Assembly (NCBI GenBank): GCA_002269645.1
Contig: NIVC01002156.1
Coordinates: forward strand, 124,001 to 188,000
DNA length: 64,000 nt
From: Macrostomum lignano
Taxonomy: Eukaryota
Direction of reading: 5' to 3'
Shown: in pieces, positions 36,960-50,336 of the stretch
How the letters are laid out: each line of letters opens with the position of its first letter
How positions within the stretch are numbered: position 1 is the stretch's first letter
Position numbers and translations under genes: made by a program
The notes under the pieces: generated by a model
Databases searched by the model: none
What the model was told of the DNA's origin: nothing
The model's input: the letters and a program-made list of their open reading frames with translations, nothing else

Positions 36960-37490
36960 AATTAATCTGAGGCTTTCGGGATTTTAATTTTGAGATAAAT
37001 CTGAGGATTTAGGAGATTTTAATTTTGGTTAATTGAATTTGGGGATGAATCTGAGATTTGGGGATTTCGATTTTAATTAATCTGAGGATTTAAGGATTTT
37101 AATTTTGGTATTAATATGAGGATTTGGATTTTAATTTTGGATAAATCTGAGAATTTGGGGGATTTTATTTTTGGGATTAATCTGAGGATTTGGGAGATTT
37201 TAATTTTGTGATTAATCTGAGGATTTAAGGAATTTTAATTTTGAGATAAATCTGAGAATTTTGGGAATTTTAATTTTGAGATAAATCTGAGAATTGAGGG
37301 GATTTTAATTTTGGGATTAATCTGAGGATTTGGGGATATTAATTTGTGGATAAAAATCTAAGGATTTTAGGGATTTTAATTTTGGGATTAGTTTGATGAT
37401 TTTGGGGATTTTGATTTTGGGATTAATCTGAGAAGTTAAGAAGTTTTGCCTTTGGTGTTAATCTAAGAGTTTGGGAGATTTCGCTTTGGA
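36960..37490. repeat. Degenerate AT-rich ~30-bp GGGATTTTAATTTTGGGATTAATCTGA repeat
   Basis: Recurrent AATCTGAG and GATTTTAATTTTG motifs downstream of ACAD8. Confidence 0.75.
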
Positions 37491-39189
37491 TCAGTCTCTA
37501 AGAGGATCTTGGGGATTTTTAATAGCTTTTAAACTGACTCAGCCATGCAGTTAAAACCTCTCAGTTATTTTTAATGCTTGTTAAAATCCAACATCGTCTA
37601 AAGAATTCCATAATTTGTCGCGATTATTTTGTTTACAATGGTAAAATAAAACGGTAGTATTCGCACAAATTCAACAAAAACATTGCATTTCAAGCACAAA
37701 ATGCTTGTGTTTTAAACAAAAGCTATTTGAACTCAACTTTTCATTTTTTGACAAGTGCGTGTGGGGAGCTCTAAACTTCCAAGCAGCACTTTCTGCTGAG
37801 ATGTCAGGGAATTAGGGATTAGGGAGCACTAAGCTCTGCAAGCTACCCAGTATCAGTAAAAATTACAATTGATATTGCAAGTAGGAAATAAATTATAATA
37901 AACTGGTATTCACTACTCTACTAATAGTAAAAATATCGGGGAAATACGTTACGTAATAAAAAATAAAGTAACTTTCGTCTATACTCTGCTAGTAAGTAAT
38001 AAGATTAGTATCTTAAATTTTTCATCCTAAAACAATCGCTTACAGTAGAACTTAGTGTAATTTTCAGCTTCTGTCAATCTGTTATTGGCAAGAAAAACAA
38101 GCAAAAAAGTTAGAATTTGCTATAACAAATACAACACTCTTTCATTTAAAGTAATGTATTGCAGTACATGTATTTAGTATAATTAATAAGAATCCATTCA
38201 TTTATTAGAGTTATGAATTGAAATAAAATATTCTCTAAGTACGAGCGTATATCAAAACATATCTTGTCTCTTTATAAGTTTAATTTTGACGCTTTGCATT
38301 CAAAAGTTTGATAAAAATTTACTATGATCTACAACGTGAGTAGAAAGGTAAATAAAATACGAATTACAAAAAATCAATGAATTCGAAAGTTTACGCGAAG
38401 TATTGTACTCAACCAGCTGCTTAACGGTTATAATTCAGGATTTTTGCGACTTAAAAAAGAGAATATTCCGAATTCCAAATTATAATTTATGTTGAAATTT
38501 TTAGCCAATATTTGTAGATAATTTTTCGGCGTTTCCTCCAATACAGTAAAACAAAAGTTATTTGACCATGAAGTGCCCTACTTTTTTAAGCTTCAATATT
38601 AAATCAATTATTCTTGAATTTGAATTTTATCTCTGTAGACGATAGACTGAATGTAAGTTTTTAAGATTCACACTTGTAATATCGAGATAAATTATAGAAG
38701 GTAAAAAACTATTTGTTTTAACTAGTGTCTAATAATAACTCAACCTTATGTCCAAAATTTTAGAAATTTTAAGCCCATATATTTTGAATTTACAATTTAA
38801 ATTAGGCCGTAGGCCGCAAATTTCGATCTTTATAACATATTGTCCATAACATTGACAGTAACATGACGTAAAACAGAATTGAACTATGCAAATTTTGCTG
38901 GAGGCTGTTTTTCTACTGCAATATTTTCTGAACTTTACAAAAAGTACACTAAAAGAGGTAAATCTAGCTAGAATTTCAACTGGAACTTCGCCGGAAAATT
39001 GTGATAGCATATCATGAAAAAAGAAACATGAAATAAAGCAAAACACACACACGAAGAAACGATCCTTATATGTACTTTAATTGCCTAGCTATTGTCCTAA
39101 GTTTGTACATCAAATTTTCTTGTTAAAGTCGCTCGGGTGGACATTACAGTATGGGTAAGCAAAACTGGGGAGTTGTATGCCCTGTGCAA

Positions 39190-42100
39190 TCAGAACACAC
39201 CGTCTGCGTGATTCAAACTGATTCGCTTTCTCTGCTCCAGAATTGCCTCGCGCTCCAGCTCGCGTATTCGCAACGGATCAACGCTCTCGTGCTGACTCAT
39301 CATCTCTCTGCGGGCAGGGCAGGCGGGGTGATGAGTATACTCAAGCTATAATTGGCCTAGGTTTAATATCTGCTGCGACACTTTTCACTCTATCCCCACA
39401 CATTCTTCACTCTATCCCCACACATTCTTCACTCTATCCCCCACACATTCTTCACTCTATCCCCCACACATTCTTCACTCTATCCCCCACACATTCTTCA
39501 CTCTCTCCCCACACATTCTTCACTCTATCCCCCACACATTCTTCACTCTATCCCCACACATTCTTCACTCTATCCCCCACACATTCTTCACTCTATCCCC
39601 CACACATTCTTCACTCTATCCCCCACACATTCTTCACTCTATCCCCCACACATTCTTCACTCTATCCCCACACACATTCTTCATTCTATCTCCACACCCC
39701 TTCACTCTATCCCCCCACACTCTTCACTCTATCCCCCCACACATTCTTCATTCTATCTCCACACCCCCTTCACTCTATCCCCCCACACTCTTCACTCTAT
39801 CCCCACAAATTCTTTATTCTATCTCCACACCCCCTTCACTCTATCCCCACACATTCTTCACTCTATCTCCACACCCCCTTCACTCTATCCCCCCCACACT
39901 CTTCACTCTATCCCCACACATTCTTCACTCTATCTCCACACCCCCTTCACTTTATCCCCCCACACTCTTCACTCTATCCCCACAAATTCTTCATTCTATC
40001 TCCACACCCCCTTCACTCTATCCCCCCACACTCTTCACTCTATCCCCACACATTCTTCATTCTATCTCCACACCCCCTTCACTCTATCCCCCACACTCTT
40101 CACTCTATCCCACACACTTCTTCTCCACACTCTATCCCCCCACTCTTCACTCTATCCCCACAAATTCTTCATTCTATCTCCACACCCCCTTCACTCTATC
40201 CCCACACACTTCTTCACTCTATCCCACACACTCTTCACTCTTCATCCCCACACACTTCTTCACTCTATCCCCACCACACTCTTCACTCTATTCTTCCTAT
40301 CACACTTCACTCTATCCCCCACACTCTTCACTCTATCCCCACACACTCTTCACTCTATCCCCCACACACTCTTCACTCTATCCCCACACACTCTTCACTC
40401 TATCCCCCCACACTCTTCACTCTATCCCCACACATTCTTCATTCTATCTCCACACCCCCTTCACTCTATCCCCCCACACTCTTCACTCTATCCCCACACA
40501 CTCTTCACTCTATCCCCACACACTCTTCACTCTATCCCCCCACACTCTTCACTCTATCCCCACACACTCTCACTTCTCTATCCCCCCACACATTCTTCAT
40601 TCTATCTCCACACCCCCTTCACTCTATCCCCACACATTCTTCACTCTATCTCCACACCCCCTTCACTCTATCCCCCCACACTCTTCACTCTATCCCCACA
40701 CATTCTTCTCTCACTCTCTATCCCCCCACACTCTTCACTCTATCCCCACACATTCTTCTCACTCTATCCCCCACACCTTCATTCTATCTCCACACACTCT
40801 CTTCACTCTATCTCCACTCTACACACATTCTTCACTCTATCCCCACACTCTATTCTTCACTCTATCTCCACACCCCTTCACTCTATCCCCCCCACACTCT
40901 TCACTCTATCCCCCCACTCTTCACTCTATCTTCTTCATTCTATCTCCACACCTTCACTCTATTCCTCCACACATTCTTCACTCTATCTCCACACCCCCTT
41001 CACTCTATCCCCCCCACACTCTTCACTCTATCCCCACACATTCTTCACTCTATCCCCACAAATTCTTCATTCTATCTCCACACCCCCTTCACTCTATCCC
41101 CCCACACTCTTCACTCTATCCCCACACCCCCTTCACTCTCTCCCCACACATTCTTCACTCTCTCCCCACACATTCTTCAGTCTATCCCCACATATTCTTC
41201 ACTCTCTCCCCACACATTCTTCACTCTATCCCCACACACTCTTCACTCTCTCCCCACACATTCTTCACTCTCTCCCCACACATTCTTCAGTCTATCCCCA
41301 CATATTCTTCACTCTCTCCCCACACATTCTTCACTCTATCCCCACACACTCTTCACTCCATTCCCACACCCTACATCCCATCGCCACGCCCTCCATCCAA
41401 CTTAATTATTTTATCCCTTGGTTTGTGTCTAATCTACAGACTTAAAAGGGATAAATACTCACTGATCCTCAAAGAACCATGGACTCTTGGGCCTCTGCGG
41501 TGAGGCCGTATTGGTGCCGTTCCCGTTTGCCGCGTTGCCATTGATTACGCCGTTGTCTGGCGATGGCAACTCCGAAAAGTCCCTCTGCGACAGCGCAGTG
41601 GCCTGACTTTTCGGTCCGTGGCCGCCCAGCTGCTGCTCGTAAAATTTCACCGGCAGTTTAAGGGCGTCAAGAGCGCGCTGAAGGGTTGAAGTTTGGGACA
41701 GGTCGCATCATTGGGGGCGCTGCTTCATTTCATTTTCCACTCTTTTTCTTAAATCCTGGGGCTTTAGCACCAGGGGCTTTAGCACCAGGGGCTTTAGCAC
41801 CACGGGCTTGCACCACGGGCTTTAGCACAAGGGGCTTTAGCACCAGGGGCTTTAGCACCAGGGGCTTTAGCACCAGGGGCTTTAGCACCAGGGGCTTTAG
41901 CACCAGGGGCTTTAGCACCAGGGGCTTTAGCACCAGGGGCTTTAGCACCAGGGGCTTTAGCACCAGGGGCTTTAGCACCAGGGGCTTTAGCACCAGGGGC
42001 TTTAGCACCAGGGGCTTTAGCACCAGGGGCTTTAGCACCAGGGGCTTTAGCACCAGGGCTTTAGCACCAGGGGCTTTAGCACCAGGGGCTTTAGCACCAG

Positions 42101-45100
42101 GGGCTTTAGCACCAGGGGCTTTAGCACCAGGGGCTTTAGCACCAGGGGCTTTAGCACCAGGGGCTTTAGCACCAGGGGCTTTAGCACCAGGGGCTTTAGC
42201 ACCAGGGGCTTTAGCACCAGGGGCTTTAGCACCAGTGGCTTTAGCACCAGGGGCTTTAGCACCAAGGGGTTTTAGTATGCTGTTGGTATAATTTGGCTGA
42301 AATAGTAACTTCGTCCTACTGAAGCAGATGAAAAGTATTTCTTAAACAGATACGATGCACCAAACTCACCATGTGCTGCACGTATTTAATCAGAACGATA
42401 AGCGCTACTAACAATACTACTGGCAGTGCGCATAGCAGTACAATAGCATAGACTGGGAAAGCCGAACTAGCTGGTGGAGCAGTAGTGGCTGACAACTGAG
42501 CTGTGGTGGCATCCAACCCTGAGCCAACGAACAGCAGGTCCAAGTTGGTCCCGTATCCGGGCATGAGCGCACGCAGCAGTTGCTGCATTCTGGCGTCGCT
42601 GGCCCCGTCTGCAACCAGCAGCTCGCCGCGCAGACTTGTCAATCCGTCCGATGTTCGATTTTCAAATCGAATCGATCGAAAATCGCCTATTAGTGAGGCT
42701 AGTTCGGGCGAAGCTCTCACGGTGCCAGTGAGCAGGTAGTAAGCCTGACTAGCCAACGATTGAGCTGCTGAGCCGTTAGGCGCCTTGCTCAACTGGGCAT
42801 CGAAGGGCAGTTTAGGCAGACGCCAGCTGATCGCCACTGCTCGGGCCGCGGGCAGCACCGGGTCCTGACCGATGGGACAGACGCAGGTTGCGGCCTCAGC
42901 CTGGCGGCGTCTTCTTCTTCTGGTGGTTGGACAATTGTAAGCCGGAAACGATCCGGACATTGTGACGCTGAGCTTATAATTGCTGGCTGAGTCCGTTTTT
43001 GAACTCGGATTAATCACCACATATCGAATGTCGATGCCGTATCTGTTCACAATCTCGTTTGTTGCGCAATATTTTGTGCCGACAGAAGTTCCCGGATAGA
43101 TAATCTTGTTAAAAGGATTGTTTTCCATTCTTTTACGCACATCCGCTGTAACCGTGGCCACGTTGCATCCTGTGCACGCGTTCGAAATGCACACCTGCAG
43201 TTGTTAAAGAACCGCTTGGTTTAACCGATTCTACATGTACCTGTGGAAGCTTTAGTACATTTGTAATACAAAATGAATCAATTGACTAAGAACAAGAGGC
43301 CCTTAAGTAGGGGTTAATTTAGTAGGTGAAAATGTTTGTAAACGTTATAGAAATCATTATTAAAACCTTAAAGCGTTATATAGCCCAGCGGTCTAGCAAA
43401 TCTTGGCTTGGCTCTGCTTGTGCAATTATAACGGGTTTGAGGGCCAACCCCCAAGGCACAGCTAGTGAAGTGTACATGCCTAACGATAGATAAAGTCAAG
43501 GCCGCTGTACACTCCTGTGTGAGTGTGTGCCTGTGTGTGTGTGACTGTGTACGACTGCGTGCGAAAGTGCCTGCTCAGGGGAGTCGGCGGAATAGGCAGT
43601 AATGCCTCACGCCGGTTGTGTGACAATGTCGCTTAAAGTGCGCCAGGGTGCACACAGCCCCTGCCTTTAATTAAAAATTTTACAAAAACTTTCATCTCTT
43701 TCATAGTGTTTTTGTAAAGTGGATGCATCACTATCAACAAAATAGTATTCAATAATTCTACGAGCGTAATACTTCGAAGTAGACAAATCTCACCATAGTG
43801 ATTTGCGGATGTCCTCTGCAGATAGCATTGGTTGGACCAATTCTAGTGTCGAGGACAACTTGACTGTCTGATTGATCTGGCACGGTAAACGCGGACGTAC
43901 TGGCCTCAAATGTGTAGCCAGTTGTTGACAATTGAAATGCGTTCACAACAAAAACTTTTGATAAAGAATCGTCCGTGATATTTGTGAAGGCTGGAATCGA
44001 AACGTTTTTTTGGAATTAGTTGGAATGCCTAATTATCATGAAAAAATGTGCGCTTAGTTTTATATCTAGACTAACCAGCTGGAGTTGTTGGTGGGATTGT
44101 AGTAACAGTCGTTGGTGCAGCAGTCGTTGGTGCAGCAGTCGATGGTGCAGCAGTCGATGGTGCAGCAGTCGTTGGTGCAGCAGTCGATGGTGCAGCAGTC
44201 GATGGTGCAGCAGTCGATGGTGCAGCAGTCGTTGGTGCAGCAGTCGATGGTGCAACAGTCGTTTGCTCAAAAGTCGATGGTGCGACAGTCGTTGGTGCAA
44301 CAGTTGATGCAGAACCTACAATATTTTTTAAGTGCTCCTTTGGAGTCAGGTTCACAATCGAGGACTTTATTGCAATCCACTACTTTCCAAAAATGTAATT
44401 TTACTGTGATAGGCGTGCATTTCAGACAAACATTTAATCATGAACTGTTAGTGAAGTGACAAAATTAATTAACTTTATATGAAGCTAATCCTTTCCTGAC
44501 TCATTATACAACTGGTTTCACTTAGAAAACCCTGGATTACCTAAATCTGTTGCTCCACCTGTAACAACTCCAATTGATGCAGTCGTGGCGCTGCCACCAG
44601 CTCCACCGGTGCCTCCTCCAGGTATTGTCGTAGCGGTGCCTCCAGCTCCACCGGTGCCTCCTCCAGGTATTGTCGTAGCGGTGCCTCCAGCTCCACCGGT
44701 GCCTCCTCCAGGTATTGTCGTAGCGGTGCCTCCAGCTCCTCCGGTGACTCCAGGTACTGTCGTAGCGGTGCCTCCAGCTCCACCGGTGCCTCCTCCAGGT
44801 ATTGTAGCATCGGTGCCTCCGGCTCCACCGGTGCCTCCTCCAGGTATTGTAGCATCGGTGCCTCCGGCTCCACCGGTGCCTCCTCCAGGTATTGTCGTAG
44901 CGGTGCCTCCAGCTCCTCCGGTGACTCCAGGTACTGTCGTAGCGGTGCCTCCAGCTCCACCGGTGCCTCCTCCAGGCACTGTCGTAGCGGTGCCTCCGGC
45001 TCCACCGGTGCCTCCTCCAGGTATTGTCGCATCGGTGCCTCCAGCCCCTCCGGTGCCTTCAGGTACTGTCGTGGCGGTACCTCCGGCTCCACCGGTGCCT

Positions 45101-47564
45101 CCAGTTTCCCCGGTGCCTCCAGGTACTGTCGTAGCGGTGCCGCCGGCTCCACCGGTGCCTCCAGTTTCACCGGTGCCTCCTCCAGGGATTGTGGGATCGG
45201 TGCTTCCGGTTCCACCGGTGCCTCCAGTTTCACCGGTGCCTCCTCCAGGTGGTGTTGTCACTGACCCAGCGCTCATATCACTGGTGCTAAGTGAACTAAG
45301 TGTGTTGGTTTCTGTGCCTGTTATAAGGTGTGCATGATTTTTTGCTAAGTGATAATATTTCGCTAATGTTGCAAAATTTGTGACTATTTCGCTAGTGGGC
45401 TTGAGTCATTTTCGTCAAAAGTTAGTATTGCGTCGAAACAAATTAGACAATTGCTTCTTGTAAAGTTGTGATCTTAGACTTAAAGCTTACCGGTGACAAG
45501 TTAATGTTTGATATATTCAGTGATGCTATACACAAGAGCTATATTTGGCTACAATTTTACATGTAAATTGCCTAGAGCAAATCTGTCATTTTACGTAATG
45601 AATGCAGCCTCACCAAACACTGCAGATGTCGTTTCGCTTGAGCCTGCTCCGAGAGCTGTCGTGTCAGTGCCTCCAGCTCCACCGGTGCCTCCTCCAGGTG
45701 CAGTCGTGGCGGTGCCTCCTCCAGGTACTGTCGTGTCAGTGCCTACAGCTCCACCGGTGCCTCCTCCAGGTACTGTCGTGTCAGTGCCTCCAGCTCCACC
45801 GGTGCCTCCTCCAGGTGCAGTCGTGGCGGTGCCTCCGGATCCACCGGTTTCTGTTCCACTTCCTCCTCCAGGTGCAGTCGTGTCAGTGCTTCCAGCTCCA
45901 CCGGTGCCTCCTTCAGGTGCAGTCGTGGCGGTGCCTCCAGCTCCACCGGTGCCTCCTCCAGGTGCAGTCGTAGCGGTGCCTCCAGCTCCACCGGTGCCTC
46001 CTCCAGGTGCAGTCGTGTCAGTGCCTCCAGCTCCACCGGTGCCTCCTCCAGGTGCAGTCGTAGCGGTGCCTCCAGGTTCACCGGTGCCTCCTCCAGGTGC
46101 AGTCGTAGCGGTGCCTCCAGCTCCACCGGTGCCTCCTCCAGGTGCAGTCGTGGTGGTGCCTCCAGATTCACCGGTGCCTCCTCCAGGTGCAGTCGTGGCA
46201 GTGCCTCCAGGTTCACCGGTGCCTCCTCCAGGTGCAGTCGTAGCAGTGCCTCCAGCTCCACCGGTGCCTCCTCCAGGTGCAGTCGTGGCAGTGCCTCCAG
46301 CTCCACCGGTGCCTCCTCCAGGTGCAGTCGTGGCAGTGCCTCCAGGTTCACCGGTGCCTCCTCCAGGTGCAGTCGTAGCGGTGCCTCCAGGTTCACCGGT
46401 GCCTCCTCCAGGTGCAGTCGTAGCAGTGCCTCCAGCTCCACCGGTGCCTCCTCCAGGTGCAGTCGTAGCAGTGCCTCCAGATTCACCGGTGCCTCCTCCA
46501 GGTGCAGTCGTGGCAGTGCCTCCAGCTCCACCGGTGCCTCCTCCAGGTGCAGTCGTAGCGGTGCCTCCAGGTTCACCGGTGCCTCCTCCAGGTGCAGTCG
46601 TAGCGGTGCCTCCAGCTCCACCGGTGCCTCCTCCAGGTGCAGTCGTGGTGGTGCCTCCAGATTCACCGGTGCCTCCTCCAGGTGCAGTCGTGGCAGTGCC
46701 TCCAGGTTCACCGGTGCCTCCTCCAGGTGCAGTCGTGGCAGTGCCTCCAGCTCCACCGGTGCCTCCTCCAGGTGCAGTCGTAGCGGTGCCTCCAGGTTCA
46801 CCGGTGCCTCCTCCAGGTGCAGTCGTAGCGGTGCCTCCAGCTCCACCGGTGCCTCCTCCAGGTGCAGTCGTGGTGGTGCCTCCAGATTCACCGGTGCCTC
46901 CTCCAGGTGCAGTCGTGGCAGTGCCTCCAGGTTCACCGGTGCCTCCTCCAGGTGCAGTCGTGGCAGTGCCTCCAGCTCCACCGGTGCCTCCTCTAGGTGC
47001 AGTCGTGGCAGTGCCTCCAGCTCCACCGGTGCCTCCTCCAGGTGCAGTCGTAGCGGTGCCTCCAGGTTCACCGGTGCCTCCTCCAGGTGCAGTCGTAGCG
47101 GTGCCTCCAGGTTCACCGGTGCCTCCTCCAGGTGCAGTCGTAGCAGTGCCTCCAGCTCCACCGGTGCCTCCTCCAGGTGCAGTCGTGGCGGTGCCTCCAG
47201 ATTCACCGGTGCCTCCTCCAGGTGCAGTCGTGGCAGTGCCTACAGCTCCACCGGTGCCTCCTCCAGGTGCAGTCGTAGCGGTACCTCCAGTTCCACCGGT
47301 GCCTCCACCCTGCAGAGTAGTCGCCAATGGCAACGTGCTAAAGACGGTGGGTCCAGCTGTTGTCAAATAGATGGATGTCGAGGGATTGCAGACGCAGGTC
47401 CCAGTTGCAGTCGTCTGACCAGTGACACCTGTAAATGTTTCAAAATGAAAATTAACTCTTATATTTTGCAAAGGAATTTGCAGTAAGCTGAGGCAAGCTA
47501 ATACGTTACCTGTATTTTCCATAACCGTAAGTATCAACAGGGCACATGTAATCAGCCTGGTCAT
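39190..47564 (-). CDS. Type I transmembrane mucin-like protein (signal peptide, Gly/Thr tandem repeats, Cys-containing region, SEA-like domain, TM, cytoplasmic tail), about 1410 aa
   Basis: Minus-strand exons 47564-47510 (MTRLITCALLILTVMENTG), 47428-45614 (45-bp, 15-aa GGTATTAPGGGTGGA units), 45317-44541, 44315-44076 (APTTA/APSTA), 43990-43794, 43194-42370 (SEA-like, TM VYAIVLLCALPVVLLVALIVLI), 41677-41463, 39307-39190 (ends HADGVF*). Total 4242 nt, all GT-AG and phase-consistent. Confidence 0.8.
39380..41365. repeat. About 22-bp CACACATTCTTCACTCTATCCC minisatellite, 2 kb, in the last mucin intron
   Basis: Tandem units with variable C-run length. Confidence 0.93.
41757..42275 (-). repeat. 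GGTGCTAAAGCCCCT minisatellite, near-perfect 15-bp units, minus strand
   Basis: Plus strand reads AGCACCAGGGGCTTT, about 33 units. Confidence 0.96.
43399..43582 (-). repeat. Dispersed structured element A, copy 2 (mucin intron 5)
   Basis: Reverse complement matches copy 1 from CCCCTGAGCAGGCAC to GCAGAGCCAAGCC.AGATT. Confidence 0.85.
43581..43677 (+). repeat. Dispersed hairpin element B, copy 2, abutting element A copy 2
   Basis: GAGTCGGCGGAATAGGCAGTAATGCCTCACGCCGGTTGTGTGACAATGTCGC...TTTAATTAAAA. Confidence 0.85.
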
Positions 47565-50336
47565 CAACCAAATCCTCTGCATGATTAAAAAAATGTACGC
47601 CCAAATTAACAAAGTTTAAGTATAATAGTAGATATTTTTATTAACGAAACATGCAGAGCTCTATAATTATGCACCTTAAAAGTTATTGAGAGTTTCTGTT
47701 CTCGGTAGCTAGCAGTCTGTTTTACCGTAAGGTCTGTGTAATATACTATTCGACACAAGATGGCACGCCCTAGTGGATAGTGGCTATAGGCCAATACCCA
47801 CCCACACGCACAGACACTACATGCCACAGAGAGAGAAATTGCTGCAATCTACAATAAAACTATTAAATAACACTGCAGATGCCCAATCCGATGAAGTGCA
47901 GCAATTTCTCACATAACCCATGACAGTGGTGGAATATGACGGCTTTTTCGTGCAAATGCATGCATTTTTCTATTAACCTTCAATCCTGTTTGCTTTTAGG
48001 CGTGCCCAGACGACACTGGAGGGCGAACTGTGTGGGTTGAAGAGAAGAAATAGAAAAACTACAAAAAAAGAGAAAAAAATCTTTAAACAAATTTGAGCTG
48101 AGTAATCATCTTGAGAAAAAATTTGAAGCCTGCTATACTTTGTACTGAATCCATGGACAATAAAGGCAGTCGCTAAAACGTTGGTGGAAAAACTATGCTG
48201 CAGTTCTGACTATAAGATAGGAAAGAACAGAACCTACTGTTGTGCTTTCAAGGCGAGATCAACACTGTCTAAAAATTATCTTTTAATTTCAATATTTGCA
48301 TGAGTATAACCTACTGTCTGTAACTAAGCCATACTATTTCTATTGTGCTTGAAGGGTCGCCTTCTTAACTTCCATCTTCTCACCGCGTGCTTACTCACTG
48401 CGTGCTACTCTGTGTCCGCACTCTCTCCTCTCCGAGTCCGATCTCTACAATTTTTCTATCCTTTCATCTGTGCAGCATCACAACAGAAAAAAAGTAATTT
48501 TCTGCAGCTTGAGAGAGCAGATTTGCAAACTGATAGCCAGCGGGGTGCTCGCTTCAATGAATGAACCTGAGTATCTTTTCAGTTTTAAGAATGAAATGCA
48601 ATTGTGTGGGTACTTGTGCCATCTGCTTGAAATGAATACCCTTCCTTCTTATAGTGAGCAAGTGGCTGAGTTATTTGCTTAATTTTGTTATTTCAAAAGC
48701 AAACCGCAAACTGATTCTTAAAATTATTTAATATTAAAAAAATTGTTGATTTGTTCACCATTTTATATTCAAAATTAAAGTTTTCTACGATGGAGTGCGT
48801 GACGATTAAGGCGGGAGACTTTTTGTGTAGCGGATAATTTAATTTAGTTTGATTGAGTCAACGATCCAGATCAGCAGCCGCGATTTCACACTAGCGTAAT
48901 GTACATTAGTACTTAATGAACTTTAATGCAATGGTCTCTGGTTGCGCTTTGCGAAAACCGGTCGGGACCCTGTTGTTGATTGGTGGGCCGAGGTAGGCTC
49001 GAGGAAACATGATATCAATTGATAAACAAGCCTAGCTAATCCATCAGACAACCCCTTGAGACGCAATGTACAAATTAATCGATAAAATATCGTGCTAGAA
49101 TACTGCGAAGTAAATTCATATGCATAGATAGGAACTACTTTGCGAGAAGTGACACAATATGCATGAAATACAAATAATATAATAAATACATGCGAGGCGA
49201 CAAATAACTACAAATACAAAAGCAACATAAGCGTAACCTTAATACGTATTTGATATTGTTAAAATGAATGAATGATTACAAGTAGTATGGTATGCGTGCG
49301 AAATGCGATCTTACAGTAAAATTTGAAGCGCATAATTGACTTAGTCAGTTTTTTATGGATCTTGTTTGCAGCATGCAAGTACGACCGAAATTTTGCTGAG
49401 TAAAGTGCTTTGATTTTTTTATTATTGACAATCATGAGTGTGCAATCGAAAGAAGACCAAAGGCACAGAATGCTCAAGCGATGGGAAAAGTATGTTGTTA
49501 CAGGTGGAGACTATGTTGAGAAGGCTGCCTTGAAGGTTGCTAATGATGATGAATGACTACAATTCATTTCTTAAAAGGAAAAAACATCGCCTTTTGTATT
49601 TTTTAAACTCTTACTGTAAGACTATTCATGCATAACTTTTGAATGAAATGACCAAAATACACGCGACTGAATTCATTGGAAAGAAGAGATTTGCCGCTTT
49701 GAAATGACACCAAAGTTGTGCTTGTAGAGCTGCTACTGTCTTGCTCTGGGATTAAAAGTGTCAGAACCAGTGTCAGAACCACTGTTTAGTACTTTTAGTA
49801 GCAATTAGTACATGTAGGTGCTGCCACTATACTATGACAATTCACGGCGAAAATCTAAATTGTGACTCCGTTTGCTCAAACTAAGCCTGAGGATTCTTCT
49901 TTGATACCAGAACAAAAAACGAATTCGAAAAAGTTTCGCCTCAAGTGCATGTCATCGTATGAAATAAAAAAGGCAAAAACTGAAACAAGTATATTTTAAT
50001 TAAAGTCAGTAACCTAATGCTTTAAAAAAATTATTTACATGCTTTATATAGTAAACAGAATAGTAAATATGATAGTTGTTAATATAGTTTCACGAAAACT
50101 AGTCAATTATTTTCGCACAGCGATATTATAAAAATGAACTACAGGTAAAAAAGACTTGCTCTATATCTAAGCAATTGAAGGTGAAAAAGTTTGGAAGTAG
50201 AATATTTATAGCTACTGTTAAAACGAGCCGTTTTTAAATTGAAACAAGTGTTTTTTGATACTGCAAGCTTATTTCTGAGTTGAGCTCTACTATAATCTAC
50301 AATAAGTAGTTGATTAAAAAGTAACACGAACAAACG

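Noticed and set aside
37812-37824. Interstitial telomeric repeat TTAGGG-A-TTAGGG
   Set aside because: Only two units; expected by chance.
39243-41405. 720-aa His/Pro/Ser-rich ORF
   Set aside because: Translation of the 22-bp array, antisense to and inside a mucin intron.
44585-47370. Plus-strand Pro/Val-rich ORFs and the alternative minus-strand LEEAPV frames
   Set aside because: Shadows of the mucin repeat; only the Gly/Thr frame joins the signal-peptide and downstream exons in phase.
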